A stretch of 64,000 nucleotides of DNA from an uncultured Actinomycetes bacterium (GCA_963789585.1 CAWBLB010000005.1:27973-91972); one strand, 5' to 3'; counted from the first letter of the stretch, positions 18,143 to 26,954 are shown. Program-made: numbers and translations. The notes: a model not told the origin generated them from the letters alone.

Positions 18143-19195
18143 ATGGATGTCACGGTGGCCCTCGTCCGGTTGGCACTGACGGCCGTCTTCGGGATCGCGG
18201 CGATCGGCAAGCTTTCTGATCGCGAAGGGACGCGGCAGGCGGTCGCCGGCTTCGGCGTCCCGGCCGTTGCGATCGGGCTCGTAGCTTTCGGCCTGCCGGT
18301 CATCGAGCTACTGATCGCAGCTGGGCTGGTGCTGGAGGCAAGTGCAGTCTGGGCCGCGGTCGTGGCCCTGGCGTTGCTCCTAGCGTTCTGCGTCGCAATC
18401 GTTCGGCTGCTCGCCCGGGGAGAGACCCCCGACTGTCACTGCTTCGGAAGCCTGGGGTCTGCGCCGATCGGGCACGCGACGCTCGTGCGCAATCTCGGGC
18501 TGGCGGGGCTGGCCGGATTCGTCGCGGTAGCCGGGAGAAACCACGGCGAGAGCCTCTCGACGCTTCTCGTCGACCTCGGCCCCGTCGCGATCGTCCTCGG
18601 CGTCGCATTTGCTCTTCACGCAGCGTTCTCGTGGCAGCTGTTCGCGCAGAACGGCCGGCTGCTCGGACGCATCTCGGTGCTCGAAACGGCGCTCGGAATC
18701 GGCGTCGACGAGGAGCCTGCCGTCGGGCTCGCAATCGGTGACCCGGCTCCGGACTTCGCCCTCTCGGATCTCGCGGGCAACACCGTGACGCTCGAAGCGC
18801 TGCTCCGCCCGGGCCGAGGTGCGCTACTCGTGTTCACCGATCCCGGCTGCCACCACTGCAACGCGGTGCTGCCCGCGCTCGGACGCGACCGTGGCGAAGA
18901 CGAGCCCGCGCTCGTCGTGATCAGCCGCGGCTCGGAGGTCGCGAACCGGACGAAGGCGCAGGAGCACGGGATCGCGCGCGTGCTCTTGCAAGACGATTTC
19001 GAGGTCGGCGAGGCCTACGGAAACCATGGGCTACCGGGTGCTGTCCTGATCGATGCGGCCGGCCGCATTGCCAGCCCGCCGGCCGGAGGCGCCCAGGCGG
19101 TCATCGCCCTGCTTCAGTCACGGTCCGAAACATCCATGCTCGTGCTGTCCGTAGCACCCTACGATGCCCGCGTCTACGCCGAGGCGGAGGCGTGA
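18143..19195 (+). CDS. MauE/DoxX-family membrane protein fused to a TlpA/thioredoxin-like domain
   Basis: N-terminal 4-5 TM region with the PDCHCFG motif. C-terminal IGDPAPDFALSDLAGNTVTLE...LLVFTDPGCHHCNAVLP is a redoxin fold with a CxxC. Confidence 0.8.
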   Translation: MDVTVALVRLALTAVFGIAAIGKLSDREGTRQAVAGFGVPAVAIGLVAFGLPVIELLIAAGLVLEASAVWAAVVALALLLAFCVAIVRLLARGETPDCHCFGSLGSAPIGHATLVRNLGLAGLAGFVAVAGRNHGESLSTLLVDLGPVAIVLGVAFALHAAFSWQLFAQNGRLLGRISVLETALGIGVDEEPAVGLAIGDPAPDFALSDLAGNTVTLEALLRPGRGALLVFTDPGCHHCNAVLPALGRDRGEDEPALVVISRGSEVANRTKAQEHGIARVLLQDDFEVGEAYGNHGLPGAVLIDAAGRIASPPAGGAQAVIALLQSRSETSMLVLSVAPYDARVYAEAEA

Positions 19196-19659
19196 CCCAC
19201 TGGTTCGACACCCGGGCAGCGAGGTCGAAGGGACTGACGCCCGAGCAGCAACGCAAGGTCGGCCTCATCAAAGAGGCGCTCGCGAAGTCAAACGCCGAAA
19301 TCCACTTCCTGTATCACGAGATTCTCGACGACGAGGGTGTGTCCTTGCACGTTGGGCCCCAGCCGTCGTATGGCGGAAGGTTGTTCTCGGACAGCGAGGT
19401 CCGGTGGCGCGGGATGGTCGGTGCCGAGCTGCTCCGGGTCCGCGCCCGGCTCGCCGCGCTCCACACCGGGCTGCAAGCGGAGAGGCAGCTTCGTGACGCA
19501 CTGGCCGAGAGTGCAGCCGGGTTCGCAGCTTGGGCCCGGGGCCTGGGTACGGACGACGGCCGCACGATCGTCAGCGCCCAGAAGGCGATGACGAAACACT
19601 TCGCCAACGCAGACAGGCTCACCAGGGCGGGTTTGGACAATCTCGAAAAGGGGCGCTGA
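19192..19659 (+). CDS. hypothetical soluble helical protein, translationally coupled to the MauE-redoxin gene
   Basis: The GTG start overlaps the upstream stop (GTGA). 155 aa with no signal peptide and no recognised domain. The N-terminus MTHWFD mirrors that of the next gene. Confidence 0.55.
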   Translation: MTHWFDTRAARSKGLTPEQQRKVGLIKEALAKSNAEIHFLYHEILDDEGVSLHVGPQPSYGGRLFSDSEVRWRGMVGAELLRVRARLAALHTGLQAERQLRDALAESAAGFAAWARGLGTDDGRTIVSAQKAMTKHFANADRLTRAGLDNLEKGR

Positions 19660-19663
19660 GCGC

Positions 19664-20206
19664 GTGGATCACTGGTTCGACAGGCTTGCTCAACCACACA
19701 CGCGCCGCACGATGCTGAAGGCCGGAGCAGTGGCAGGCGCCGCGCTCATCCTGCCGGCCGGCCGCATCCCGATGGCGTGGGCCTTGACGAGCGACCCGTG
19801 CTTCAAGCCCTGCACCACGGCGGCGGCCAAGGCCTTCGCAAGCACCAGGAACGGGACGTGCAAACTAATGGCCGCGCCCTTCTTTGCGGGTCTGCTTGCC
19901 CTTGGGACGCCAGAGAGCACAATCCTGCTCTTTCGGGGCGCCAATGACTTCAACAACTGCTTGGGCAATGCTGAGCTGGACTGGCATCGAGCGGTTGAGG
20001 CATGCCGCGGTTCGGAGTGCGGCAATCCAGCCACCTACCCAGGCGGACAGGCGCCGCGCAAACCGCAGCCAAAATGCCCCGGTGCGGTTCCGTGCGGCAA
20101 CGACTGCTGCGACATCGTCGCGCAGTGCTGTCCCTGTTCCACGGTGGAGAGCGGCTACATCTGCTGCGCAAGTAACGCGAACTGCGACTGCTGTCCGAAG
20201 TCATGA
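19664..20206 (+). CDS. Tat-signal secreted cysteine-rich protein (18 Cys)
   Basis: MDHWFDRLAQPHTRRTMLKAGAVAGAALILP is a twin-arginine leader. The C-terminus reads CPGAVPCGNDCCDIVAQCCPCSTVESGYICCASNANCDCCPKS. Confidence 0.7.
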   Translation: MDHWFDRLAQPHTRRTMLKAGAVAGAALILPAGRIPMAWALTSDPCFKPCTTAAAKAFASTRNGTCKLMAAPFFAGLLALGTPESTILLFRGANDFNNCLGNAELDWHRAVEACRGSECGNPATYPGGQAPRKPQPKCPGAVPCGNDCCDIVAQCCPCSTVESGYICCASNANCDCCPKS

Positions 20207-20262
20207 TGAGCCGCGCCACCGCACGGCCCCTCAAAACCCGCTCCAGAAAGGTCGTCGTCCCG

Positions 20263-20622
20263 ATGCGTCACTTCGCTTTTCACTCACTCGCGCTCGTGGG
20301 GCTGCTCGCAGCGTTCGCGGTGCCTGTCGCCTACGGCGGCACCCTGGCTCAGCACCGTGTGACGACCCTGGCCGGCCACTGCAAGGTCGTGGCCAAAGGC
20401 ACTCCCTGGTCCTACCAGGGCCAGAAGGGAAGGGCCTACACGATCGTGGGTGACAGGGCATCGGCCTGCGCGGTAGGGGTCAAATGGCTGCTACGGCTCA
20501 CCAACATGACCGGCGTAACCAAGACCCCGCCTGGATGGCAATGCATCGCCGCGGTCTCCGTCGCGGGTCAGTGCGAGAAAAAGGGCGCGGGCGTCTTCGA
20601 GTGGTTGGCGAAGTCCAAGTAG
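20263..20622 (+). CDS. small secreted protein (4 Cys)
   Basis: Sec-type signal MRHFAFHSLALVGLLAAFAVPVAYG. The ORF also opens at 20203, overlapping the previous stop, so the start is uncertain. Confidence 0.55.
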   Translation: MRHFAFHSLALVGLLAAFAVPVAYGGTLAQHRVTTLAGHCKVVAKGTPWSYQGQKGRAYTIVGDRASACAVGVKWLLRLTNMTGVTKTPPGWQCIAAVSVAGQCEKKGAGVFEWLAKSK

Positions 20623-20787
20623 ACCCTTTCAATGGAGCCGGCTCCCCCGGGACGGCTTCACTTCGTTTCCTCCAACATCCCGTTTGTTCCACCCCACCCC
20701 GGGGACGCGCTGTGACCCGATATGCCTCTCGGCTGACGAAACTGAGCGCGCCGGCTAGGGCTCGTGGATCCCTGACAGGGGGTAGGG

Positions 20788-21507
20788 TTGAACGTCGTGG
20801 TGCTCTTGGAGATCATCGGATACGGCAATCGCTGCAGCCGCAAGGGAACGGCGGCCGAAGAAGGCGCAGTGGATGCGGTGGCGCTCCGAGTCGTCGCGTC
20901 GAGTCCGGTCGAGCATGGCCTGCATCCCGCTCTGTGGAGGTGGTTGCCAGGGATCTTCACGCTGCTTGTTGCTGCCGCTCTCCCTCAGGCCAGTGAGGCG
21001 CGAGCCGCAAATGGGGGCGCAACGGTTCTGAAGCCGGGCCAGGGCGTCGCCGTCTCGGGAACCGACATGGTGTGTGCATTCGGGGGGCCGGCAAACGAGA
21101 TCGGGCTCGCCTGCCTGCAGACGAGCCCGGCTGCGAAGTCCCTCTACAGCTTCCGCCTCGAGGAGGGGAGGTTGCTCGTCTTTCGGAGCGTGGGAGGGAA
21201 GACGGCTCGGGTCGGGGGCTGGAAGGAGCCGGCCGGCCGGATCGCGCAGCGCCGCTCCAGCACGATCTCGCACTTCAAGTCCGTCGGCCAGGTCTCGGTC
21301 GGGAACCGGTTCAATGCCGCCGGCTCCGACCTCGGGTGCAACGTCTACTCGTTCAAGGCCGCTGTCGTCGTTGCCTGCTTCAAGCTCACCGCCAAGGGGA
21401 TCCTGAACGGCAGCTACGCCGCCGCGCTGAGCGCAAATGGAGCGCAGGTGTCGCGCTTCCGGGGCGGGCAAGGAACGACCGTCTTCGTCGGCAACCCGAT
21501 CAGGTAG
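20788..21507 (+). CDS. secreted hypothetical protein (4 Cys); start uncertain
   Basis: Internal signal-like WRWLPGIFTLLVAAALPQASEA. The true start may be the TTG near 20944, preceded by GGAGG. No domain recognised. Confidence 0.5.
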   Translation: MNVVVLLEIIGYGNRCSRKGTAAEEGAVDAVALRVVASSPVEHGLHPALWRWLPGIFTLLVAAALPQASEARAANGGATVLKPGQGVAVSGTDMVCAFGGPANEIGLACLQTSPAAKSLYSFRLEEGRLLVFRSVGGKTARVGGWKEPAGRIAQRRSSTISHFKSVGQVSVGNRFNAAGSDLGCNVYSFKAAVVVACFKLTAKGILNGSYAAALSANGAQVSRFRGGQGTTVFVGNPIR

Positions 21508-21583
21508 GACTTATCCACCGGACACACCCTCAGCGCGGAGCCGTTCCACGGCGCTGAGCCGCGCGACGGGTAGCGAGCCTCGA

Positions 21584-21871
21584 TCAGGTCGGGGAAGGCT
21601 CTCCAGTGTCGACCAGGTCGGCGATCAGGGCGAAGTCCTTCGGGCTCCGTGTCAGGAGCGGGACCTGGTGGACGTTCGCGGTCGCCGCGATCGCGAGATC
21701 GATTGCACGCCGGCGGGGCTTGCCGCCGCGGCTGACGACCGCTGCCGCGAGCCGTCCCCATTCGCGCGCGACCGCGGCATCGACAGGGAGCGGGTCGAAC
21801 GTGGCCTCGATGACGCCGAGTCGTTGCGAGCGGCGTGCGGCGACGCGGGTAGCTGACGTCGAGACGAGGCT
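21584..21871 (-). pseudogene. PIN-domain (VapC-type) toxin remnant lacking its N-terminus
   Basis: Reverse frame reads ...RRSQRLGVIEATFDPLPVDAAVAREWGRLAAAVVSRGGKPRRRAIDLAIAATANVHQVPLLTRSPKDFALIADLVD*. There is no start codon and it runs into the neighbouring gene. Confidence 0.6.
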
Positions 21872-21872
21872 T

Positions 21873-22556
21873 CTAGGCGATCTCGAAGGTGACGGTGACG
21901 TCCTCCTCGGTCTGGATCGTCCCGGGCTCGACCGGGGTCGAGGCGGCTCCCTGCTTCGCGTAGGGGATCGCGGTCACGATCGGCGAGCTGGTCACCTCGG
22001 TGACCGTGCGCACCCGTCCGAGCTTGACGTGTGCGGCCGCGGCGATCGACAGGGCACGGGCGCGCGCGTCGGCGACGGCGGCCCTGAGCGCCTTCCGGGT
22101 CAGGAGCACCTGGTCGGAGGGCGTCAGCGACGGCCCGCCGACGAGGTTGGCGCCGGCTCCGACGGCGGCGTCGACGATCGATCCGGCGTTCGCGACGTTC
22201 TTCGTGGTGGCTGAGACCGAGTTGCTCGCCGTGAAGTTCAGGATCGCGGTCCCGTTCTGGTTCGTGTTGGGCGTCAGCGAGATCTGGGCGGTCTGGATGT
22301 CCGCGGGCGCGACCCGCTGTGCCTTCAGGGCCGCGATCACCTTGCTCATCCTGACCGCGTTCGATGCCAGCGCCTGCCGGGCCGTCCTCCCGGTCGTCGA
22401 CACGCCGAAGCTGAACTCGGCCTGATCGGGGACGCTCGTGACGATCCCGGTCCCCTGGACCGTGATCGTGCGCAGGCCGGCGGCGCTCGCCCCGACTGCC
22501 ACGGTGGCAACGGTGGACAGCGCGGCGGCGAACACGGCAACTCGAAAGGGCTTCAT
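21873..22556 (-). CDS. SIMPL/DUF541-family secreted protein
   Basis: Signal peptide MKPFRVAVFAAALSTVATVAVGASA, followed by the pattern ITVQGTG.V...PD.A.F.FGV...G.TA..A, typical of SIMPL (26-kDa periplasmic antigen) proteins. Confidence 0.75.
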   Translation of the reverse strand: MKPFRVAVFAAALSTVATVAVGASAAGLRTITVQGTGIVTSVPDQAEFSFGVSTTGRTARQALASNAVRMSKVIAALKAQRVAPADIQTAQISLTPNTNQNGTAILNFTASNSVSATTKNVANAGSIVDAAVGAGANLVGGPSLTPSDQVLLTRKALRAAVADARARALSIAAAAHVKLGRVRTVTEVTSSPIVTAIPYAKQGAASTPVEPGTIQTEEDVTVTFEIA

Positions 22557-22648
22557 CGGGCTCCTCCTTGCGTCTGGTGACCTGACTACGCCGCCGGGCC
22601 CTCTCCCGTCACATGTCCGTGCGGCCGGAGCGCGCCGAGCTCTTTCCC

Positions 22649-22681
22649 TTCTTTACATGCCCGTCCGTTCTTTACATGCCC
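22649..22681. promoter_or_regulatory. two 14-bp direct repeats TTCTTTACATGCCC (19-bp register) in a divergent promoter region
   Basis: Exact copies at 22649-22662 and 22668-22681, between the SIMPL and glycoside hydrolase genes. Each contains a TTTACA -35-like hexamer. Confidence 0.4.
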
Positions 22682-22705
22682 CTGACGCCGGTCGGTTACG
22701 GTGGC

Positions 22706-22761
22706 GATGTCCTGCGTTCCCTCGAAGAGGAGGGATGTCCTGCGTTCCCTCGAAGAGGAGG
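22706..22761. repeat. perfect 28-bp tandem duplication (GATGTCCTGCGTTCCCTCGAAGAGGAGG x2)
   Basis: Units at 22706-22733 and 22734-22761 are identical. Each carries GAGGAGG and an ATG. Confidence 0.9.
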
Positions 22762-22770
22762 TTGGTGTTC

Positions 22771-24171
22771 GTGCAGCGGAAGCTTCGTCTTGCCATGCCG
22801 TTGGTCGTCGTTCTCGCGGCGGTTGCCGCTGCGACCGTTCATGCGGCGGTCCGGATGCCGGTCGGCTTCTACGACGACCCCAGCTTCCGCTGGTCGACCG
22901 AGACGACGACGAACCTGGCGGCCGCGGCGAACGCCAACATCTCGATCGTCCACGTCCTTGCGGACTGGTCGCAGATCGCCCCGACGAAGCCTCGCTCGCC
23001 GCTCAACGGGAACGACCCCGCCTACCACCTGTCCGACCTGGACTCCCTCGTCAGCTCGGCTCAGCAGTACGGCCTGCAGGTCCTGCTCACCATCTCTGAG
23101 ACGCCCGGCTGGGCGAACGGGGGCCAGACGCCGAACCATCCGCCGGCCAGGCTCGTCTACCTGACGCAGTTCGCGCGGATGCTGGCGATGCGCTACAACG
23201 GCCGGCATCCCGGCTTCGGTGTCGTGAACCGCTTCTCGGTCTGGAACGAGCCGAACCTCCAGCAGTTCCTGACACCGCAGTTCGACGGCTCCAAGATCGT
23301 CAGCCCGAAGATCTACGCCAAGCTGTACGTGGCCGCATACAAGGGGATCAAGGCGGGGAACCGGAACGCGCTCGTCGCGGCCGGGGAGACGTCGAACCGC
23401 GGCCACAACAAGCCGACTGCGGGAAGCGACTCGGTCGCCCCCGCCACGTTCGCGCACGAGCTGTCGCTGATTGCGCCTCATCTCAAGTTCGACGCATGGG
23501 CGACGCATCCGTACCCGTCCGTCTTCGCGCTCGGCCCGACGCAGAGGGTGCATTATCCGAACGTCGCGCTCTCGACGATGGCGAAATTCGGTGCGTCACT
23601 CCAGCAGTGGTTTCATCGGCGCGTCCCGATCTGGATCACCGAGTACGGTGAGATGACGCGGCCCGAATACGCCGGCGGTGTCAGCTATGCCCAGCAGGCG
23701 AGAGACGCGAAGAAGGCGCTCCAGCTCGCAGCCGCGAACCCCTACGTCGAGATGTTCGTCTGGTTCATCTTCCGCGACAGCACGCCGCTGACCTGGTTCA
23801 GCGGAGTCGAGACGAAGACCGGTCACAAGAAGCCCGCCTACGCGGCGTTCGCCAGGACGGCCAGGACGATCAACGGACAGTCCCAGTTCGTCACCCCCGG
23901 CAAGCGCTTCAAGGTCACGGTCGCGATTCCGTTCCTGACCTACTACGACGCCACGCGCGCGAAGCTCGGCGCCACCTACACGATCCTCGACCGCCGCAAG
24001 GTGGTGGCGAGTGGCGACCCGCTGGTCAGGATCCAGCCGAACCAGACGGTTACCGTCCCCGTCTACTTCGAGCCCGTCAAGGGCAAGACGTACATCATGA
24101 CCGTGATCTTCAACGACAAGAACGGCCAGACGGAGAAGCAGACGATCGCGCTGCTCCCCGCCATCAAGTGA
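22771..24171 (+). CDS. secreted clan GH-A glycoside hydrolase (GH5/GH39-like)
   Basis: GTG at 22771 lies 9 nt after GAGGAGG; an alternative in-frame ATG is at 22735. Signal LAMPLVVVLAAVAAATVHA, acid/base motif FSVWNEPN and nucleophile motif IWITEYG. Confidence 0.8.
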   Translation: MQRKLRLAMPLVVVLAAVAAATVHAAVRMPVGFYDDPSFRWSTETTTNLAAAANANISIVHVLADWSQIAPTKPRSPLNGNDPAYHLSDLDSLVSSAQQYGLQVLLTISETPGWANGGQTPNHPPARLVYLTQFARMLAMRYNGRHPGFGVVNRFSVWNEPNLQQFLTPQFDGSKIVSPKIYAKLYVAAYKGIKAGNRNALVAAGETSNRGHNKPTAGSDSVAPATFAHELSLIAPHLKFDAWATHPYPSVFALGPTQRVHYPNVALSTMAKFGASLQQWFHRRVPIWITEYGEMTRPEYAGGVSYAQQARDAKKALQLAAANPYVEMFVWFIFRDSTPLTWFSGVETKTGHKKPAYAAFARTARTINGQSQFVTPGKRFKVTVAIPFLTYYDATRAKLGATYTILDRRKVVASGDPLVRIQPNQTVTVPVYFEPVKGKTYIMTVIFNDKNGQTEKQTIALLPAIK

Positions 24172-24216
24172 CCCTCACGGTCTGACCGAGGCCGACCTTC
24201 GATAGGGTCGCTGTGA

Positions 24217-24936
24217 ATGGGACGGCTCGACGGCAAGACCGCGATCGTCACCGGCGCGTCCAGTGGGATCGGCGCCGCGACCGCACGGGCGCTCGCCGGG
24301 GAGGGGGCCCGCGTCGTCGGCGGGGCCAGGCGGGTCGAGCGGCTCGAGACCGATGTCGCGCTCGAGCTCGACGTCACCGACCCGGAGAGCTGCGACCGTT
24401 TCGTCACCGCCGCGGGCCCCGCTGACATCCTCGTCAACGCCGCCGGGCTCGCGCTCGGCCGGGAGCCTTTCACCGAGTCGACCGAGGAGGACGAGCGCAC
24501 GATCTTCGAGACGAACGTCAACGGGCTCGTCCGGATGACGCGCCTGGTGCTCCAGCGCTCGCTGCGCGAGCCCGGGCACGTGGTCAACATCGGCTCGATC
24601 GCAGGGCGCTGGGCCTACCCGAACGGCGCGACGTACATTGCCTCGAAGTTCGCCGTCCGCGGCTTCGGCCGTGCGCTCCGCGAGGATCTGCTCGGGAGGG
24701 ACATCCGCGTCACCACGGTCGACGCGGGCCTCGTCGAGACGGAGTTCTCACTGGTGCGTTTCCGCGGCGACGCCGACAAGGCGCAGTCGGTCTACGAGGG
24801 GACGCGCCCGCTGAGCGGCGCCGACGTGGCGGAGTGCGTCCTGTTCGCCGTCTCCTGCCCGGCCCACGTGGTCGTCGACGAGCTCGTGGTCATGTCGATC
24901 GACCAGGCCAACGGTTTTCGCGTCCACCGGAGCTGA
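24217..24936 (+). CDS. short-chain dehydrogenase/reductase (SDR)
   Basis: TGASSGIGAATA cofactor motif, NAAG, and YIASK catalytic Y-x3-K. Confidence 0.9.
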   Translation: MGRLDGKTAIVTGASSGIGAATARALAGEGARVVGGARRVERLETDVALELDVTDPESCDRFVTAAGPADILVNAAGLALGREPFTESTEEDERTIFETNVNGLVRMTRLVLQRSLREPGHVVNIGSIAGRWAYPNGATYIASKFAVRGFGRALREDLLGRDIRVTTVDAGLVETEFSLVRFRGDADKAQSVYEGTRPLSGADVAECVLFAVSCPAHVVVDELVVMSIDQANGFRVHRS

Positions 24937-24962
24937 TTCCGCCCCCCTCCGGGGCGAGGGCC

Positions 24963-25799
24963 TCAGGTGGCGCGCTTGTCCCAGTAGCGGCGCAGGCCGT
25001 GCCAGGACTGGCCGAACGAGTCGATCGGGTCGTGCAGAAGTGGTGCGTCCTCGCCGGTCTGCGGCCGGGCGGCCGCGACGAATTCGGCCTCGGTCATGCC
25101 CTCGCGCACCCGTTCGGCCCAGAGCTCCAGCTCGGCCCGCAGGCGTGCGAGGTGCTCGGGAACGTCGGTGGCGATCCCGAAGTGGATCAGGGCCAGCCGG
25201 CTCGGTGCGCGGCGCTCGATCTCGTCGATCGTCCGGCGCCAGCCGTCGAGGTCGATATCGGGAGGAGGCGAGAGGGGGAGGACGTAGGCTGCCGGCTGCG
25301 GGCGGACGCCGCACGCATCGCCGGCCAGCAGCGTTTCGCCGCGGAAGTAGGAGGCGTGATGCGACGCATGGCCCGGGGTCGGGAAGGCCTCCCAGCCGAG
25401 GACGTCTCCGGAGGCGATCCTGATGTTCCGCTCCGGGACGGGCGCGAGCTCCCCCCAGAGCCGGTCGAAGCTCTCGCCGTAGAGCCGCCTCGCGGAGACC
25501 TCGAGTCGCGAAGGGTCGATCATGTGCGGTGCGCCGATCTCCGAGACCCAGACCCTCAAGCCCGGATGCTCGCGGACGATCGCCCCGGTCGCTCCGGCGT
25601 GGTCGAGGTGGATGTGCGAGACGAACAAGTCATGGATGTCGGTGAGGTCGAGCCCTCTTCCGGCAAGCGCGGAGCGCAGCTGCGGCAGCGTTGTCGACGG
25701 GCCGCAGTCGAAGAGCGCGAGGCCCTCGGTCGTGTCGACGAGGTAGCTCGCGATCGCACGCGGCGTCCCGAGGAATTCGAGGTCGATCAGCTCGAGCAA
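24963..25799 (-). CDS. MBL-fold metallo-hydrolase
   Basis: HIHLDHAG (HxHxDH) motif. 278 aa, directly abutting the upstream PLP enzyme gene. Confidence 0.85.
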   Translation of the reverse strand: MLELIDLEFLGTPRAIASYLVDTTEGLALFDCGPSTTLPQLRSALAGRGLDLTDIHDLFVSHIHLDHAGATGAIVREHPGLRVWVSEIGAPHMIDPSRLEVSARRLYGESFDRLWGELAPVPERNIRIASGDVLGWEAFPTPGHASHHASYFRGETLLAGDACGVRPQPAAYVLPLSPPPDIDLDGWRRTIDEIERRAPSRLALIHFGIATDVPEHLARLRAELELWAERVREGMTEAEFVAAARPQTGEDAPLLHDPIDSFGQSWHGLRRYWDKRAT

Positions 25800-26954
25800 T
25801 TACGAGGCGGGCACGCGGGTGGGCGTCTTGACGAGAGCCGCTTCGAGGTCGGCGAGCAGGTCCCCGACCGCCTCGATCCCGACCGACAACCGGATCAGGT
25901 TGCGGGGAGCGGCGAACGGGGCGTCGGCGGTCGAGGCGTGCGTCATCCGGGCGGGATGCTCGATCAGGCTCTCCACGCCGCCGAGCGACTCGGCGAGCTG
26001 GAACAGCTTCGTCCGGGCCGCAAGGGCGACCGCCTCCTGCTCGGACTCGACCAGGAACGAGACCATGCCGCCGAAGTCACGCATCTGCTGGCGTGCGACC
26101 TCGTGGCCGGGATGCCCGGGCAGGCCGGGGTAGAGCACCCGCTCGACGCTCGAATGCTCGTCGAGGAAGGCCGCGACGGCCCGCGCGTTCTCGCAGTGCT
26201 GGCGCATCCGTACCGCGAGCGTCTTGATCCCGCGCAGGACGAGCCAGGCGTCGAAAGGCCCGGGGACGGCGCCGAGCGACTTCTGCAGGAACCGGAGACG
26301 CTCGCCGAGCGCCTGGTCGCTCGTGCCGACGAAACCGCCGATCACGTCGGAGTGGCCGCCGAGGTACTTCGTCGTCGAGTGGACGACGAGGTCGGCGCCG
26401 AGTTCCAGCGGCCGCTGGAGGTAGGGCGAGGCGAAGGTGTTGTCGACCGCGAGGATCGCTCCCGCGGCGTGGGCGGTCTCGGCGGCGCGACGGATGTCGA
26501 CGATGTTCAGGAGCGGGTTCGACGGGGTCTCGACCCAGACGAGGGGAACGTCGTCACCGAGATAGGAAGCGAGATTCTCGTCGAATTCCTCGGCGGGGAC
26601 ATAGGTGAAGCGGTAGCCCTTCGGCTCGTACACCTGGGAGGTCATCCGGTAGACGCCGCCGTAGACGTCGGCGATCAGCACGACGCGCTGACCCGGGTCG
26701 ACGAGGTGCATCAACGTGGTCGTCGCTCCGAGCCCGGAGGAGAAGGCGACGCCGTGATCGGCGCCTTCGAGGCTCGCGAGCGCGGTCTCGAGCGCGTCCC
26801 GCGTCGGGTTCGCGACCCGGGAGTAGTCGTAGCCCTTGTGCTTGCCCACCTCCTCCTGCACGTAGGTCGAGGTCTGGTAGATGGGCGTGATCACAGCCCC
26901 CGTCGCCGGGTCGGGCTCCTGTCCTGCGTGGATCGCGCGCGTCTCGAATTCCAC
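25800..26954 (-). CDS. cystathionine gamma-lyase/gamma-synthase family PLP enzyme
   Basis: MEFETRAIHAGQEPDPATGAVITPIYQTSTY..., the lysine region STTKYLGGHSD, and a typical Cys/Met-metabolism PLP fold. Confidence 0.9.
   Translation of the reverse strand: MEFETRAIHAGQEPDPATGAVITPIYQTSTYVQEEVGKHKGYDYSRVANPTRDALETALASLEGADHGVAFSSGLGATTTLMHLVDPGQRVVLIADVYGGVYRMTSQVYEPKGYRFTYVPAEEFDENLASYLGDDVPLVWVETPSNPLLNIVDIRRAAETAHAAGAILAVDNTFASPYLQRPLELGADLVVHSTTKYLGGHSDVIGGFVGTSDQALGERLRFLQKSLGAVPGPFDAWLVLRGIKTLAVRMRQHCENARAVAAFLDEHSSVERVLYPGLPGHPGHEVARQQMRDFGGMVSFLVESEQEAVALAARTKLFQLAESLGGVESLIEHPARMTHASTADAPFAAPRNLIRLSVGIEAVGDLLADLEAALVKTPTRVPAS

Noticed and set aside
20915-21031. Alternative-frame Cys-rich mini-ORF MACIPLCGGGCQGSSRC... 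inside the 20788-21507 gene region.
   Set aside because: It overlaps a longer ORF with a signal peptide, and its second half is Arg/Leu/Pro filler. It is tempting given the Cys-rich neighbourhood, but there is no independent support.
21513-21521. Isolated TTATCCACC, a near-perfect E. coli-type DnaA box, after the 20788-21507 gene.
   Set aside because: A single occurrence without partners, consistent with chance.
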